Shown here piece by piece: positions 8,566-19,145 of a stretch of DNA of 64,000 nt (position 1 is its first letter; the number at the start of each line of letters is the position of its first letter). This DNA comes from a virus. The stretch is from IMG/VR virus record IMGVR_UViG_3300018080_005419, one strand, 5' to 3'. Made by a program: the position numbers and the translations under genes. The notes under the pieces are model-generated. The model ran no database searches. It saw only the letters and a list, made by a program, of their open reading frames with translations, and was not told where the DNA came from.

Positions 8566-8997
8566 ATGGACCTTAACAAAATAAAATTTTCATCAGGCAC
8601 ATATAAAAATCCTGTACACGAAGAAGATGGACAGTGGTATTTTTGGGATGAAACTTGGATGTATAGATATGGTCCTTTTAAAACAGAAATAGAAGCAAAA
8701 ACAGAATGTAGAAACTATGGAAATTATCTACATCAACAAGCTATAAAAGAAACCCTAACAAAAATGAAAATAAATAAATTAGAGCAAACATGTGGTGCTT
8801 GTCCGACTATATTTGAATGGTTTGATGATAAAGATGAAAGATATTATTTTCGTTTGCGTCATGGATATGCTAAAATAGTCAGAGATAAAGACAGTCATAT
8901 AATTGTCGAAGCTAAAATGCCAGGATTTGATGGAATTTGCAATTTTGACGATGCAGAAGAGTGGGCTAAAAATCAAGGAGTAATTTTTGAACTATGA
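8566..8997 (+). CDS. Hypothetical phage protein
   Basis: ORF in tightly packed operon. Confidence 0.7.
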   Translation: MDLNKIKFSSGTYKNPVHEEDGQWYFWDETWMYRYGPFKTEIEAKTECRNYGNYLHQQAIKETLTKMKINKLEQTCGACPTIFEWFDDKDERYYFRLRHGYAKIVRDKDSHIIVEAKMPGFDGICNFDDAEEWAKNQGVIFEL

Positions 8998-9205
8998 ATA
9001 TATAGAAATACATAGACAAGAAATACCAGGAAGAAAAACTCCTATCTATCATGTCATCAATAAAAAAGCTCAGGTTCCATTAGCCCAGATAAAATGGCAT
9101 GGAGCTTGGAGGCAATATTGTTTATTTGTTGATTCTGATACGATATGGAGTGAAGGTTGTTTAGATGATTTGAAGGACGCTCTTAGACAAATAAAAGGGA
9201 AATAG
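8987..9205 (+). CDS. Hypothetical phage protein
   Basis: Overlapping start, AAGGAG RBS. Confidence 0.7.
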   Translation: MNYEYIEIHRQEIPGRKTPIYHVINKKAQVPLAQIKWHGAWRQYCLFVDSDTIWSEGCLDDLKDALRQIKGK

Positions 9206-9207
9206 AA

Positions 9208-9495
9208 ATGCATCAAGACACCGGAGAAATAAAAAACCTAGATGAGATAAAGAGATTTTTCGAAGCAGATCCAAAAGAAAAAGAAAAGTGGTTTTTAATT
9301 GATAATGAGCCAAATCCAAAATGCAAAGCGTGTGAGGGCAATGGATATGTTGGGTATTTTCCGAATTCCAAAGTCATTCCTTGTGTTTGCATATTTGAAA
9401 CTGATCATCATTGGTCTCTTGCTATAATTAGACAGCGAGATCTACCAAAGGCATCTAAAGACAAAGGACTCAAGCAAATACAGAAAGGCAAATAA
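9208..9495 (+). CDS. Hypothetical protein with CxxCxGxG...CxC Zn motif
   Basis: CKACEGNG and PCVC motifs. Confidence 0.7.
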   Translation: MHQDTGEIKNLDEIKRFFEADPKEKEKWFLIDNEPNPKCKACEGNGYVGYFPNSKVIPCVCIFETDHHWSLAIIRQRDLPKASKDKGLKQIQKGK

Positions 9496-9500
9496 AGAAA

Positions 9501-9695
9501 ATGGAAGAATATCATTTAATTACATGGACAACAACAAAATTTGGAGTGTCTAATTTCAACAATGATCTAATCGAAATAAATCCTCAAAATTGGCTTTTAG
9601 AGAAGTGGAAGAAGGGTGAAAAAATAACTCTGATTCATTCTCAAAAAGTTACCGGCAGAGAATATAGGGAAATGAAGCAATGGCAGCCGAAATAG
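9501..9695 (+). CDS. Hypothetical protein
   Basis: ORF in operon. Confidence 0.65.
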   Translation: MEEYHLITWTTTKFGVSNFNNDLIEINPQNWLLEKWKKGEKITLIHSQKVTGREYREMKQWQPK

Positions 9696-9876
9696 ATTTT
9701 TCATATAAATTAGGAGATTCAATTGATTAATAAATTGCCCTATTTCCCTAAACAATATGGAGAACCTTTTTTGTCTCCTGAAATAATTAAAATGTGCCTC
9801 CAGGAAGAAATATTAAAGAAATCTATGTTGGAATTTCATATGCAAAGATCAAGACGCGACAATAAAGGTACGCACA

Positions 9877-10221
9877 ATGACAAAAAAGAAAACCGATAAA
9901 GAGTTGAACAAATTAGCAGAATCTTTATTAGAAGAACTACAAAACATTAAGTATTCAGGAGATGTAGAGCAAGATCCTGAAGCTGAATTAGTATTGAGCT
10001 ATTTTAACAAGGTTGTAGAAGAATATCAAACGCCAAAACAAGAAAGAGAAATAGAAGAGCTTAAATATATTATACAGCGATTGAAAAAGTGCATAGAAAG
10101 AATTAAAAAGGTAAATCAGCATCAAAACAAAGAAAAGGTGAAAAAAGCAATAGATAAGCTTGTTGACCTTGAAATTAAGAATTACGGGGAAAAAATTAAG
10201 GAAATATTAGGTGAAGAATGA
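9877..10221 (+). CDS. Hypothetical coiled-coil protein
   Basis: ORF in operon; overlaps next start. Confidence 0.65.
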   Translation: MTKKKTDKELNKLAESLLEELQNIKYSGDVEQDPEAELVLSYFNKVVEEYQTPKQEREIEELKYIIQRLKKCIERIKKVNQHQNKEKVKKAIDKLVDLEIKNYGEKIKEILGEE

Positions 10222-10547
10222 GTTTAGCATATTTAGCCACCCCATATAGTGATCCAGATCCAGAAGTCAGAGAAGAGAGGTTCAGGATTGTTAATAAAGT
10301 AGCTGCTCGTTTAATACAAAATGGACAGCTTATCTTTAGTCCGATAAGTCATACACATCCAATTGCTTTAGCTGGAGATTTGCCTAAGGGATGGGAATTT
10401 TGGGAGAATTATGATCGAATTATGATGTCGGCTTGTTCTAAACTCATAGTATTGCGTCAAAGTGGCTGGGAGAAATCAAGCGGAGTAAAAGCTGAAATTT
10501 CTATTGCTGAAGAGATGGGCTTAGAGATAGAATATATTGATCCTTAA
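10218..10547 (+). CDS. DUF1937 / nucleoside deoxyribosyltransferase-like protein
   Basis: YLATPYS, FSPISHTHPI, GWEKSSGVKAEI motifs. Confidence 0.75.
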   Translation: MSLAYLATPYSDPDPEVREERFRIVNKVAARLIQNGQLIFSPISHTHPIALAGDLPKGWEFWENYDRIMMSACSKLIVLRQSGWEKSSGVKAEISIAEEMGLEIEYIDP

Positions 10548-10561
10548 ATGGAGAACTAAAA

Positions 10562-10750
10562 ATGGGAAAATGCGTAAATGAAAACTGCAAAAAGGACCCG
10601 CTAGATTCTATGCATTATGTAATAGCCAGTGCTGATGGAGATGCTGCTTGTTGTCAGAAATGCCTTGAAGAATATAAGAAGCAGAGAGACCATTTTTTCA
10701 ATGTTGTAATACACGATGATAAGAAATATAATGAGTGGTTAAACAAGTGA
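10562..10750 (+). CDS. Small Cys-rich hypothetical protein
   Basis: ORF with GGAG RBS; CxxxxC and CCxxC. Confidence 0.65.
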   Translation: MGKCVNENCKKDPLDSMHYVIASADGDAACCQKCLEEYKKQRDHFFNVVIHDDKKYNEWLNK

Positions 10751-10980
10751 CAGAAATAAGTAAAGAAGAATATCCTTGGAAGTTTGTTCATGCTGCCTGT
10801 AAAGGAGTAGCATTTTATTGCAATGAGAAGATAGAGCCTTATAGCGATATAACAAGTGAAGGCAAAATATATCCTAATGGAGAACCAATTCCTTATATGG
10901 GAGAGATTATTTGTGGGTCTTGTGGAGAAAAAATAGAGTTTAAACATCTCCGTAGTGTATTTTGTATGAAAAGGTATTAG
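10735..10980 (+). CDS. Small Zn-ribbon-like hypothetical protein
   Basis: HxxC and CxxC motifs. Confidence 0.55.
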   Translation: MVKQVTEISKEEYPWKFVHAACKGVAFYCNEKIEPYSDITSEGKIYPNGEPIPYMGEIICGSCGEKIEFKHLRSVFCMKRY

Positions 10981-11019
10981 AGTTAGAACTATTCTTTTAT
11001 TTAAAAAATTTTATTAAAA

Positions 11020-13263
11020 TTGCTTATATTCTTTAAAAAGAAGGATATAATATTTATAAATCAGACAAGGACTATTTATAAAATGAGTATATCAGATATT
11101 AATCCATTCAACTACACAAACAGTTGGTTAATGTATAGAAATATTTTTTTGCGGGGTTTAATTATAGATTTAAATATTATTACACAAGAACAACTTAAAA
11201 AATTTATAGCTAATTTTGATAATTTTCACCCTCCAGAACGCATTGCTTATTTTGAAAAAAATATAGGGAAAATAGTCGGAGATGTACCAAAAGATATATA
11301 TTATGACACCTTATTATGGAGAATGAGTAGCGATTTTATTATTGGATATGATTTAGGGCTTGAAAAAAAAGGTTGGTCATTAGCAGAAATAGAAAGAGAA
11401 ACAAGAACAAAAGTTTTGCATCATGTAGAAGAAAGAAACGAAGAGGGATTGAATGGTTATAGTATGTTAAGTCATGAATTAAAATGTTATAAAAGCTATT
11501 TAGAAAAAAAGTTATTTTTGATTCATGATTTTGGGAAGCATGCTGTTGAAATTCACAAAAAGGGAAAGAAAATGACAGAAATGGATTATAAAGAGCACAT
11601 AAAAACTTTGAAATACGAACATGGAAATTGTCATGCATTTCTAATTAAATTGAGAAATATAATGGCACGTTTTTTTGATTTTTCTAAAGAGTTAATAGGA
11701 ATTGAGTTTTCAAAAATAAAGAATTCTAAAGGAAAGGAGTCATCTCAGGCTGTATATATGTTATATTATTTTTTAGATCGATACGATGCTACTTGTAAAG
11801 GAAAAAATAATTTTCTTAACAAGGTAAATAAAGCAAGAGATATAGAACAATTGCCGTATACAACTTATACTTGTTTGACAAAACGTCAACTTGTCGAGTT
11901 TATATATATATTGAATACTTTGGCATATGCTGATGATTCGACAACCGAAAAGTGCAAGCCGAAAGATATAAGAAGTCTTCGAAAATACATTAAAGGATTC
12001 TCACAAGAAAAAATCAATAAAGATTTTGATGATTTTGAAAAGAAGATTCTTTCTTTGAGCGAAGAAGATTTTGTCAATGGCATTATTAAATCTAGAACTG
12101 GAGCTGGAACAGATATAGAATTAGATTTTGATATTAATGATAAAATATATTATGAGGGATTAGAAGATGAAATAGGAGATGAAATAGAGGAGTTAAATCA
12201 AGAGACAACAATAGATGCAAAAGACGAAGAAATCAAAAAAGGAGAAGAAATGAAGACACAAGACAAAGAAACAACAGAGAAAGCGAAGAGAAAAGAAAGA
12301 CAACCCCGAGATCTTAATGAAGAATATATTAAAAAAATAATTAAAGCTACCAATAAAAAATACTTAAGAGGTGTATTTTTACAATTAAAAGATCCTAAAG
12401 AAAATAAAGACAAACTGATAATTGGATTTAGCGATATTAGTACAAGCTCCGATAAATTTATAGTAGCAGATTTTTTTCAAGAAGAAGGCTACAAAGCAAA
12501 GCCAATTATTTATGGCAGTTTGGATTTACTTATAAAATCAATTTATGGAAACAACAAAAAATCTGGAGTTGGAGAACTAGTAATTTTATTAGAAGATGTG
12601 TCGAATATTTTAAACAGCGAAGATTGCCAAAGGTCGTTTGCTAACATCTTAAATATCTCAAATTTTATTATGTCTAATGGTTACACTTATACTACTGTTG
12701 AGAATTATATTACAAGGAGATATCCAAACAAAGAAAAATATACTAATGCTATAGAAAAACCAGAAAAAGAGAAAGATGAAAAAGGAAACGAAATTGAAGT
12801 TGATTTTAAACTTAAATTAAATATAGATAATATAAATAAAGAACAATATATTAAACTTTTTGATCCTCAAACTAGCATTGAAATTCATAAGAAAATTCAG
12901 AAATTTAATCCACAAAATGGCATTAGATATTGCGACCTTAAACGCAAAGAGATAATTAAAAAATCAGATTTTAAAATTAATAATCTTCGAGATTTTGTAA
13001 TGGAAAGAATAAAGATAGAAGACAATAAGAATAGTGATTCTCCTCAAGGAAAAACAAAACCATCAGAACCGTCAAATATGATTGATGTACAAGAAATATA
13101 TTTTTCCGGAATTCAAGCCCTAATTGAATCTCAAGAACATACAAATAAATTTAGAATTGCTAAAAATGTGATCGAACAATATCAGAACAAAGAAATCACA
13201 AAAGAACAATTGCATTTTATTTTGGATGAATTAGACATTAAAATGCCAATAGGCATAAAGTAG
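11020..13263 (+). CDS. Large hypothetical protein (about 730-750 aa; start possibly ATG 11083)
   Basis: Long uninterrupted ORF; no family motif recognised. Confidence 0.8.
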   Translation: MLIFFKKKDIIFINQTRTIYKMSISDINPFNYTNSWLMYRNIFLRGLIIDLNIITQEQLKKFIANFDNFHPPERIAYFEKNIGKIVGDVPKDIYYDTLLWRMSSDFIIGYDLGLEKKGWSLAEIERETRTKVLHHVEERNEEGLNGYSMLSHELKCYKSYLEKKLFLIHDFGKHAVEIHKKGKKMTEMDYKEHIKTLKYEHGNCHAFLIKLRNIMARFFDFSKELIGIEFSKIKNSKGKESSQAVYMLYYFLDRYDATCKGKNNFLNKVNKARDIEQLPYTTYTCLTKRQLVEFIYILNTLAYADDSTTEKCKPKDIRSLRKYIKGFSQEKINKDFDDFEKKILSLSEEDFVNGIIKSRTGAGTDIELDFDINDKIYYEGLEDEIGDEIEELNQETTIDAKDEEIKKGEEMKTQDKETTEKAKRKERQPRDLNEEYIKKIIKATNKKYLRGVFLQLKDPKENKDKLIIGFSDISTSSDKFIVADFFQEEGYKAKPIIYGSLDLLIKSIYGNNKKSGVGELVILLEDVSNILNSEDCQRSFANILNISNFIMSNGYTYTTVENYITRRYPNKEKYTNAIEKPEKEKDEKGNEIEVDFKLKLNIDNINKEQYIKLFDPQTSIEIHKKIQKFNPQNGIRYCDLKRKEIIKKSDFKINNLRDFVMERIKIEDNKNSDSPQGKTKPSEPSNMIDVQEIYFSGIQALIESQEHTNKFRIAKNVIEQYQNKEITKEQLHFILDELDIKMPIGIK

Positions 13264-13267
13264 ATAA

Positions 13268-13519
13268 ATGAATCTAAAAGAAGAAAGAATAAAGCAATCT
13301 CTATCTCATTTTGTTAGAGAAGTTCGCAAAGTTAATGGATATCCAGAAGGCAAAGAAAAATGCCAATGTTGTGGTGCTATGAATGCAACAAGGCAAAGAC
13401 AAAGAACATGCTATCCAAATGACGAAGATAATTTCAAAACATATTGCCCTAAATGTCAAGAAGAGGAAGACGAACATTGGGACGATATGTGGGATGAATA
13501 TTATAGCATGGTAATGTAA
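13268..13519 (+). CDS. Hypothetical Zn-finger protein
   Basis: CQCC and CPKC motifs; acidic C-terminus. Confidence 0.7.
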   Translation: MNLKEERIKQSLSHFVREVRKVNGYPEGKEKCQCCGAMNATRQRQRTCYPNDEDNFKTYCPKCQEEEDEHWDDMWDEYYSMVM

Positions 13520-13532
13520 AGGAAAATATAAA

Positions 13533-13763
13533 ATGGATTGTGAAAATTGCCAAAAAATATTAGAAAACGTACAACCGATGATTGAATATATAAAGAATTG
13601 TAGAGACAGATTTGCAAGAGAGGCAGAACATCATAAGCGTTTGCGCGGCTATCTTCCTCATGATGCTGGTCGAGATGTTTTTATAAGAGGAGAGATAGCA
13701 ACATATTCGAAATCAGTAGAAGAATGCGATAAATTGTTAGAATGCTGGCAAAACACACCCTAA
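13533..13763 (+). CDS. Hypothetical protein
   Basis: ORF in operon. Confidence 0.65.
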   Translation: MDCENCQKILENVQPMIEYIKNCRDRFAREAEHHKRLRGYLPHDAGRDVFIRGEIATYSKSVEECDKLLECWQNTP

Positions 13764-13779
13764 ATGGATCAATAAGAAA

Positions 13780-14022
13780 ATGGCAGATAATTGGCCTTGG
13801 GATAGTTTTCCAGAGGATCAATCAACGTGGGAAGCTTGCAAACGGAAATATGATGAACTAAAAGAAGAATTAGAGAAAAAGAACGGTATAATAGACTCAA
13901 TAGATTCTTGTATTTCATTGGCTGTAGAGATGTCTAAGGATAAAGATGTAGATAAAAGATCCATTGAACACTCTGCTTTAAGAGATATAAGAAGACACAT
14001 TAAAAGAGGAATAAAGAAATGA
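13780..14022 (+). CDS. Hypothetical protein
   Basis: ORF in operon. Confidence 0.65.
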   Translation: MADNWPWDSFPEDQSTWEACKRKYDELKEELEKKNGIIDSIDSCISLAVEMSKDKDVDKRSIEHSALRDIRRHIKRGIKK

Positions 14023-14345
14023 CAGATAGAACAACCTTAGAATATTGTTGCGAAAGAAGCAGAAGATTGTATAATTCCGCGTTGTCTAAAGATAATTTGG
14101 TAACATTGCTTGATATTGCCTTAGATGTACATATGACAGCTAATTGGTCTTACGATAGAGACGCAAATGGATCAGAACACCAAGAAGATGTTAAAATTCT
14201 AAAATATGCTCTAGATAATTGGAAAGAGGGGAGAAAAGAATATAGTCGTTTTGATAATGCTGTGAAGGAATTGATAGAGGCTGCACTTGAAGAAAACGAG
14301 AAACATCTTAAATGCATAGAGGAATTTAAAAATGCAAAAAGATGA
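14019..14345 (+). CDS. Hypothetical protein
   Basis: ORF in operon, overlapping start. Confidence 0.65.
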   Translation: MTDRTTLEYCCERSRRLYNSALSKDNLVTLLDIALDVHMTANWSYDRDANGSEHQEDVKILKYALDNWKEGRKEYSRFDNAVKELIEAALEENEKHLKCIEEFKNAKR

Positions 14346-14634
14346 AGAGCTAATAGAAATCGAATTGCCCTTAGAAGAAATAGGAAGATTGGCTTTAGAA
14401 GCACATGAAAGAGACATGACGCTGAATGATTATGTTGTAGAAATATTATTAAGAGAAGCAAACAAAGAACTGGAGAAAACTATAGAAATAGAATTAACCG
14501 AAGAAGAAATAGGATATCTTGCAATAGCGGCACATAATAAAAATATGACTTTGAATGATTTTATAAATGCTCTTTGTTTAGATTATGTACAAAAAAAGAT
14601 AGATGAATATCCCGAGTGGGAAATCGGGAGATAA
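14332..14634 (+). CDS. Tandem-duplicated ribbon-helix-helix-like protein
   Basis: Two internal repeats IEIELxxEEIGxLAxxAHxxxMTLNDxV/I. Confidence 0.65.
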   Translation: MQKDEELIEIELPLEEIGRLALEAHERDMTLNDYVVEILLREANKELEKTIEIELTEEEIGYLAIAAHNKNMTLNDFINALCLDYVQKKIDEYPEWEIGR

Positions 14635-14674
14635 TAAATTTGTAGTTTTTTGTTTTTAGAAAAGGAGAAGAAGA

Positions 14675-15187
14675 ATGAAGAAATGGATGTTGTTTGTTAG
14701 TATTTGTATGTTTGCTTTAGTTGGTTGTACCTCGTCAGATTATTCCCAAAACATGAGGGTAGCAACGGCAAGAGCAACAGCGGGAGTAGCAACTAAGGCT
14801 GTGCTTGATGAAATTGATCTTGATAAATATGACAAGACCAAGCAAACAGTAATTACAGTTGCTCAAGAAGTCAAGCTTTTTTGTGATAATGGAAAGATTG
14901 CTGATTTGCCTGTTGATAAAGCAGAACAAAAAGTCATTAACTACATGATTGAGAAGGGATGGAGCCAATACGTTTCTATTGTTGCTGGCATTTTCTCAGT
15001 TGTAGAAGCGCAAACGGTTCCAGTAGAAAAGCTAGGCAGTGACAACCTATTTTTGATTAAAACAGGCTTAGATGAGGTAATCGAGAGTGCCATGTCTTCA
15101 AAGCAGGAATGGCGCAGACCTACAAAGAGAGGTCTATTTGGAAGAGAAGATTTGCCTCCGAACAAGGTCCAATTGTATAGAGAATAA
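14675..15187 (+). CDS. Putative lipoprotein
   Basis: Signal peptide with lipobox LVGC; AAGGAG RBS. Confidence 0.8.
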   Translation: MKKWMLFVSICMFALVGCTSSDYSQNMRVATARATAGVATKAVLDEIDLDKYDKTKQTVITVAQEVKLFCDNGKIADLPVDKAEQKVINYMIEKGWSQYVSIVAGIFSVVEAQTVPVEKLGSDNLFLIKTGLDEVIESAMSSKQEWRRPTKRGLFGREDLPPNKVQLYRE

Positions 15188-15207
15188 TAGACATTCAAAT
15201 ATTAAAT

Positions 15208-15244
15208 AAAGGTGGTTCTGATTTAATTCGGAGCCACCTTTTAA
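15208..15244. terminator. Intrinsic (likely bidirectional) terminator
   Basis: AAAGGTGGTTCTGA-TTTAAT-TCGGAGCCACCTTT stem with two G-U pairs, followed by T. Confidence 0.85.
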
Positions 15245-15466
15245 TTGATACAAACAATGATTAGTCGAAATAAATGTAGTTATTTTTCTACTTTTAAACC
15301 CTTATAAAACAATAGATTATGAAGGATGCTTTAAATTTTAAAAATTATTTGCTTGCTAATAGGATGAAGGTTGATATAATAGCCCTATATCGATTGAGGT
15401 TTTAGCGCCAGCATAGTTTGTATCCGAGAAAATTTTAAAGTATATTTATCTGGAAATTAAGGAAGA

Positions 15467-16522
15467 ATGAGTAAAACAAATCACTTCACAGACTCCTCTC
15501 TCTACCATACTTATGTTGATCTTTGTGGTCATATCACTTCGGGTTATATTCCTAGTATACCTGAAATAACTATCGAAAAAGAAATTGAACTTGCCTATCT
15601 AAAAGATCTACATATGGTGAACAATGATTATAAATTATATCCTCAACTTGAATTCAGTTCACGCAAAAACTTCCGTCAAGACATAGTAAATAAATATATG
15701 TCTATGAAAGAACGAAAAGGGAATAGAAGAGTAAATATGCCCCTTCCAATTGTTGCAAATATTGGTCGTAAACATTATCAAATTTTAGATGGATTTCTTC
15801 GTCTTAGTGCAGATTTGTTACTGTTAAAAGATAAGGTAAAAGTTCGCGTATGTAAATGTAGAAATACGACAGAAGCGCATAAAATATTTATTGGTCTTCA
15901 TATCCAAAGCAATCCAGAAATTAAAGAAACAATGCCAGAGTTTTACGACACACGGGGATTATCAAGAAGTGTTAACGATTTTGCTCATATGCTGAGATTG
16001 TTTATCAAAAGATTATCAAGAGAAGACCCCGATTTTATTACCAACTTCGTTCAAGCTAACAGTGATAATATAAACTCTAAAAATGGGATTCTCAATGCCT
16101 GCATGTTAGGATATCATCTATTTGGACCTTATATTAAAGATGGTATGGTGCCTGGGAAGAATCAAACAGCATTAAAAAATAGGGTGTGCAATATTGTAAC
16201 AGGGAAAAATATTGGCAAAAAGATTAAAAGAAAAAGAGCAAGAAAAAAAGACAAAAATGGCAGATTGATAGTTTTAAAAATGGACGATGAATCTGATACT
16301 CCTGAGATTTTAAGAAGCGCTTCTAAAACAGGAAAGAAAAGTCGAAAATTAGCTATTCAGTACAACAAAAAAGAAATGGATATTGTTAAAATGAGAGGTT
16401 CTATAGATTATGCTTGTCGAGAATTGGAAAAACTAATTATTTCAGCAAAGGAGGGCCAATCAGAGGCATTTTATTATTTGGAGAACAAGATTCGTGTTTT
16501 AAACAATTTGATGAAGATGTAG
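15467..16522 (+). CDS. ParB/Srx-like N-terminal domain protein (module copy 1, gene A)
   Basis: PLPIVANIGRKHYQILDGFLRLSA; paralogue of 30225..31319. Confidence 0.65.
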   Translation: MSKTNHFTDSSLYHTYVDLCGHITSGYIPSIPEITIEKEIELAYLKDLHMVNNDYKLYPQLEFSSRKNFRQDIVNKYMSMKERKGNRRVNMPLPIVANIGRKHYQILDGFLRLSADLLLLKDKVKVRVCKCRNTTEAHKIFIGLHIQSNPEIKETMPEFYDTRGLSRSVNDFAHMLRLFIKRLSREDPDFITNFVQANSDNINSKNGILNACMLGYHLFGPYIKDGMVPGKNQTALKNRVCNIVTGKNIGKKIKRKRARKKDKNGRLIVLKMDDESDTPEILRSASKTGKKSRKLAIQYNKKEMDIVKMRGSIDYACRELEKLIISAKEGQSEAFYYLENKIRVLNNLMKM

Positions 16523-16547
16523 TGTTTATTACTTCTAAGGAGAAGAA

Positions 16548-17804
16548 ATGAGTAAAAAAACAAGTAAAAAGAACACAATTGGCAACTTGAAAAAGGTAAA
16601 GGGAGCATATCAAGGCAAAGTTCCACAAAAAGGATTGAATCTAACTGGAACTTCTCAAACAGGATTGCCAAGTTTTGTGGATAAAAAGTTTCCAAAAATT
16701 CTTGCAGCACTTGATGAGATGTTTGGCAAGAAGACAAGAGCAAACAAAACAACTTTGGCTCAAATGAATAGGGCGGCTCAGTTTTCTTGTACATTCCCTT
16801 TGGTTGCGGTTTATTTCGCCACGTTAAACAGAAAGACCGCTAAATTTTATTATTATGATATTGCCGAAATTGATGGAGAACGACAACCTTCTCTAGAAGA
16901 GGATCGCATTAAGAAACATGTCAGCTGTATGGATCAAAAGACGTTTTTGCCTTCTGGGAGAATTTGTTTAGTTTATATTGAAGAATGTGGTTGTATTTTT
17001 AAGATCGATGGAAATGGAAGAAGTTTTGCTCTTTTATTGTTGGTTGGTGATGAACTGGATTATGAAATCCCAATGCAATATCATATATATTATGTTAAAA
17101 CAATAACTGATGCATCTAGTCTGTATAATAGTTTTGATCAAAGAAATTCTAGTCGTAAAAAAGGACAACAACAAGAAATTCAACTTAAAAATAGCGGCTT
17201 AGAATATCTTAAAGACCACCATTCTCGTACATTTTTAACGCAAGCCCAAAAAGCACTCCTTCTTATGGAAGAACGATACAAGTATGCTCATCTTTCTATT
17301 GACGAAAGACCCCGACGTTATGATGAAAATGAGCAATCTCGTATTTGTGTTGAATATGCTGACTTGTTGCAAAAAGCCGAGCAGATTTTGGGTACTCTAG
17401 ATTCCACAACTTGCATTTGGAAAGCTCCTGATGTGTTTGCTTTCATGTTGTATACTATCGATCAATGTTGGGATAATGACAATATGGATGCTATGTTAAC
17501 ATTTTGGGGGATGCTTCTTAACGAAAGACAAACAAGTCTTGATGCAAAGAAAAGCAAAATGGCGGCAATGATCCAACAAGTTTATCAAAAAATGAGTCTC
17601 TACGACAAGAACAAGGATAAGTGGCCAATGCCGTGGAAAAAATACGGCATTAACTCAAGGCCAGCACCAAGTGTATGTTATCGGGCTTTAGCTCTTTATG
17701 TTACACAAGCCTGGAACGCATTTATGAAGGATAAGCCGCTTCAAAAACTTAGATATCATAAAAATCTCAAAGAAATGCCTATGCCTATTATTCCAGAAGA
17801 ATAA
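16548..17804 (+). CDS. DGQHR/ParB-fold-like protein (module copy 1, gene B)
   Basis: IFKIDGNGRSFA; extensive similarity to 31316..32560. Confidence 0.6.
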   Translation: MSKKTSKKNTIGNLKKVKGAYQGKVPQKGLNLTGTSQTGLPSFVDKKFPKILAALDEMFGKKTRANKTTLAQMNRAAQFSCTFPLVAVYFATLNRKTAKFYYYDIAEIDGERQPSLEEDRIKKHVSCMDQKTFLPSGRICLVYIEECGCIFKIDGNGRSFALLLLVGDELDYEIPMQYHIYYVKTITDASSLYNSFDQRNSSRKKGQQQEIQLKNSGLEYLKDHHSRTFLTQAQKALLLMEERYKYAHLSIDERPRRYDENEQSRICVEYADLLQKAEQILGTLDSTTCIWKAPDVFAFMLYTIDQCWDNDNMDAMLTFWGMLLNERQTSLDAKKSKMAAMIQQVYQKMSLYDKNKDKWPMPWKKYGINSRPAPSVCYRALALYVTQAWNAFMKDKPLQKLRYHKNLKEMPMPIIPEE

Positions 17805-17830
17805 GATATAGGTTTGGAGCTAATTAAGTA

Positions 17831-18139
17831 TTGGAGCCTTGTCATTCTTTAAAGGAGTGGCAAGGCTCTTTTAAAAGAAAGAGATCTATCTTGACAGAAG
17901 AATGGTTTGTTTATATAGTTGAATGTGCTGATGGAACCCTCTATTGTGGATCTACTAACAATATTAAAAAGAGGATAAATCTGCACAATAAAGGCAAAGG
18001 AGCAAAATATACCAAGGGCAGAAGACCAGTTAAGTTAATCGAGTACAGAGGAGGAATGACAAAATCAGAGGCTTTATCTTTTGAGTATAAGATTAAAAAA
18101 GCCAAGAAAAGAGATAAAATCAAAATGTTAAAGGGATAA
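17831..18139 (+). CDS. GIY-YIG nuclease (UPF0213-like)
   Basis: WFVYIVECADGTLYCGSTNNIKKRINLHNKGKGAKYTKGRRPV; true start probably downstream (MTEEWFVY). Confidence 0.88.
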   Translation: MEPCHSLKEWQGSFKRKRSILTEEWFVYIVECADGTLYCGSTNNIKKRINLHNKGKGAKYTKGRRPVKLIEYRGGMTKSEALSFEYKIKKAKKRDKIKMLKG

Positions 18140-18150
18140 AATAGAATATT

Positions 18151-18645
18151 ATGAACAATAAACATCTCACACAAGAACAATGGGGCAATATGATCCTGAA
18201 AAACACCCCAGGAATGTCAGATTGCCAAGTTGTTTCTGCAGTTAACGCCTATATGTATCTGACCGGCAAAGTAATCAAACAGGACTCTAAGAAATATCAA
18301 AAACTGGTTAAACTAGCAAAGGCAGAATATGGGGCTGCTATTTCTATAGAGAAAGTTCATCAACGTTTAGGTATTTGTGTTCGCAAAACAACAGACAGTT
18401 TTTTGGAAATAGCAAGTCATGGAAAGGCTCTCCTGCCTTGTGAGGTTTACGTTTGGCATAAATACTATGGGTTCCATTCTTGCCTGTTAGTAGATTACGA
18501 ACCTCTTACTGAAGCCTTTAGAATGACCAATTTTGACAGGGCAACTTCTACAAATGGATGGATTTTCTCTGAAGATTTAAATCATTTTGTTTCTCATAGG
18601 TGTTCTGCAGATTGGCATCTTCGCGTTTTTAAATTGATTAAATAA
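18151..18645 (+). CDS. Hypothetical protein, possibly papain/C39-like fold
   Basis: DCQVVSAVNA (candidate catalytic Cys) and later FHSCLLVDY. Confidence 0.45.
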   Translation: MNNKHLTQEQWGNMILKNTPGMSDCQVVSAVNAYMYLTGKVIKQDSKKYQKLVKLAKAEYGAAISIEKVHQRLGICVRKTTDSFLEIASHGKALLPCEVYVWHKYYGFHSCLLVDYEPLTEAFRMTNFDRATSTNGWIFSEDLNHFVSHRCSADWHLRVFKLIK

Positions 18646-18651
18646 AAGGAA

Positions 18652-18879
18652 TTGAGTAAAATGATCCTATTTAATCGACAATTTTCTTGGGCTGATGTTG
18701 TAGATTTAGCAGGAGCAATTCGGTGTATGAGGATAGCAAGTCAATATCAAGCTAATGACATGGTGGAAAGAATGCGCTCTTCAAAAAGGATGAGAAAACA
18801 GGTTTTAAACCATGTCAGAGATAATCTTTTGTATAAACTTTGGAAGATAAGGATGGGCAGAACAGGAGGAGAAAATTAA
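18652..18879 (+). CDS. Hypothetical protein
   Basis: ORF (TTG start) after AAGGA. Confidence 0.55.
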   Translation: MSKMILFNRQFSWADVVDLAGAIRCMRIASQYQANDMVERMRSSKRMRKQVLNHVRDNLLYKLWKIRMGRTGGEN

Positions 18880-19145
18880 TGCCTATTACCGTAGCAGAAT
18901 TCATTGAAGAACTTAAGAAAATGCCGCAGGATTCTATTCTTGTTATGCAAAAAGATTCAGAAGGGAATGGTTATAGTCCTCTAGCTGGGGCTGATGACAA
19001 AGCAGTATATCAAGAAGAAACAACGTGGTCGGGATATGTTTATGACACCGAATGGTCTGCCGATGATGCTGGCATGGACGAAGAAGAATGGGAGGAGTTT
19101 AAAAAAGAAAATCCTCCCTGTGTTGTTTTATATCCGGTTAATTAA
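18879..19145 (+). CDS. Hypothetical phage protein
   Basis: Start ATG 18879 after GGAG; MPITVAEFIEELKKMP...DSEGNGYSPL pattern. Confidence 0.7.
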   Translation: MPITVAEFIEELKKMPQDSILVMQKDSEGNGYSPLAGADDKAVYQEETTWSGYVYDTEWSADDAGMDEEEWEEFKKENPPCVVLYPVN

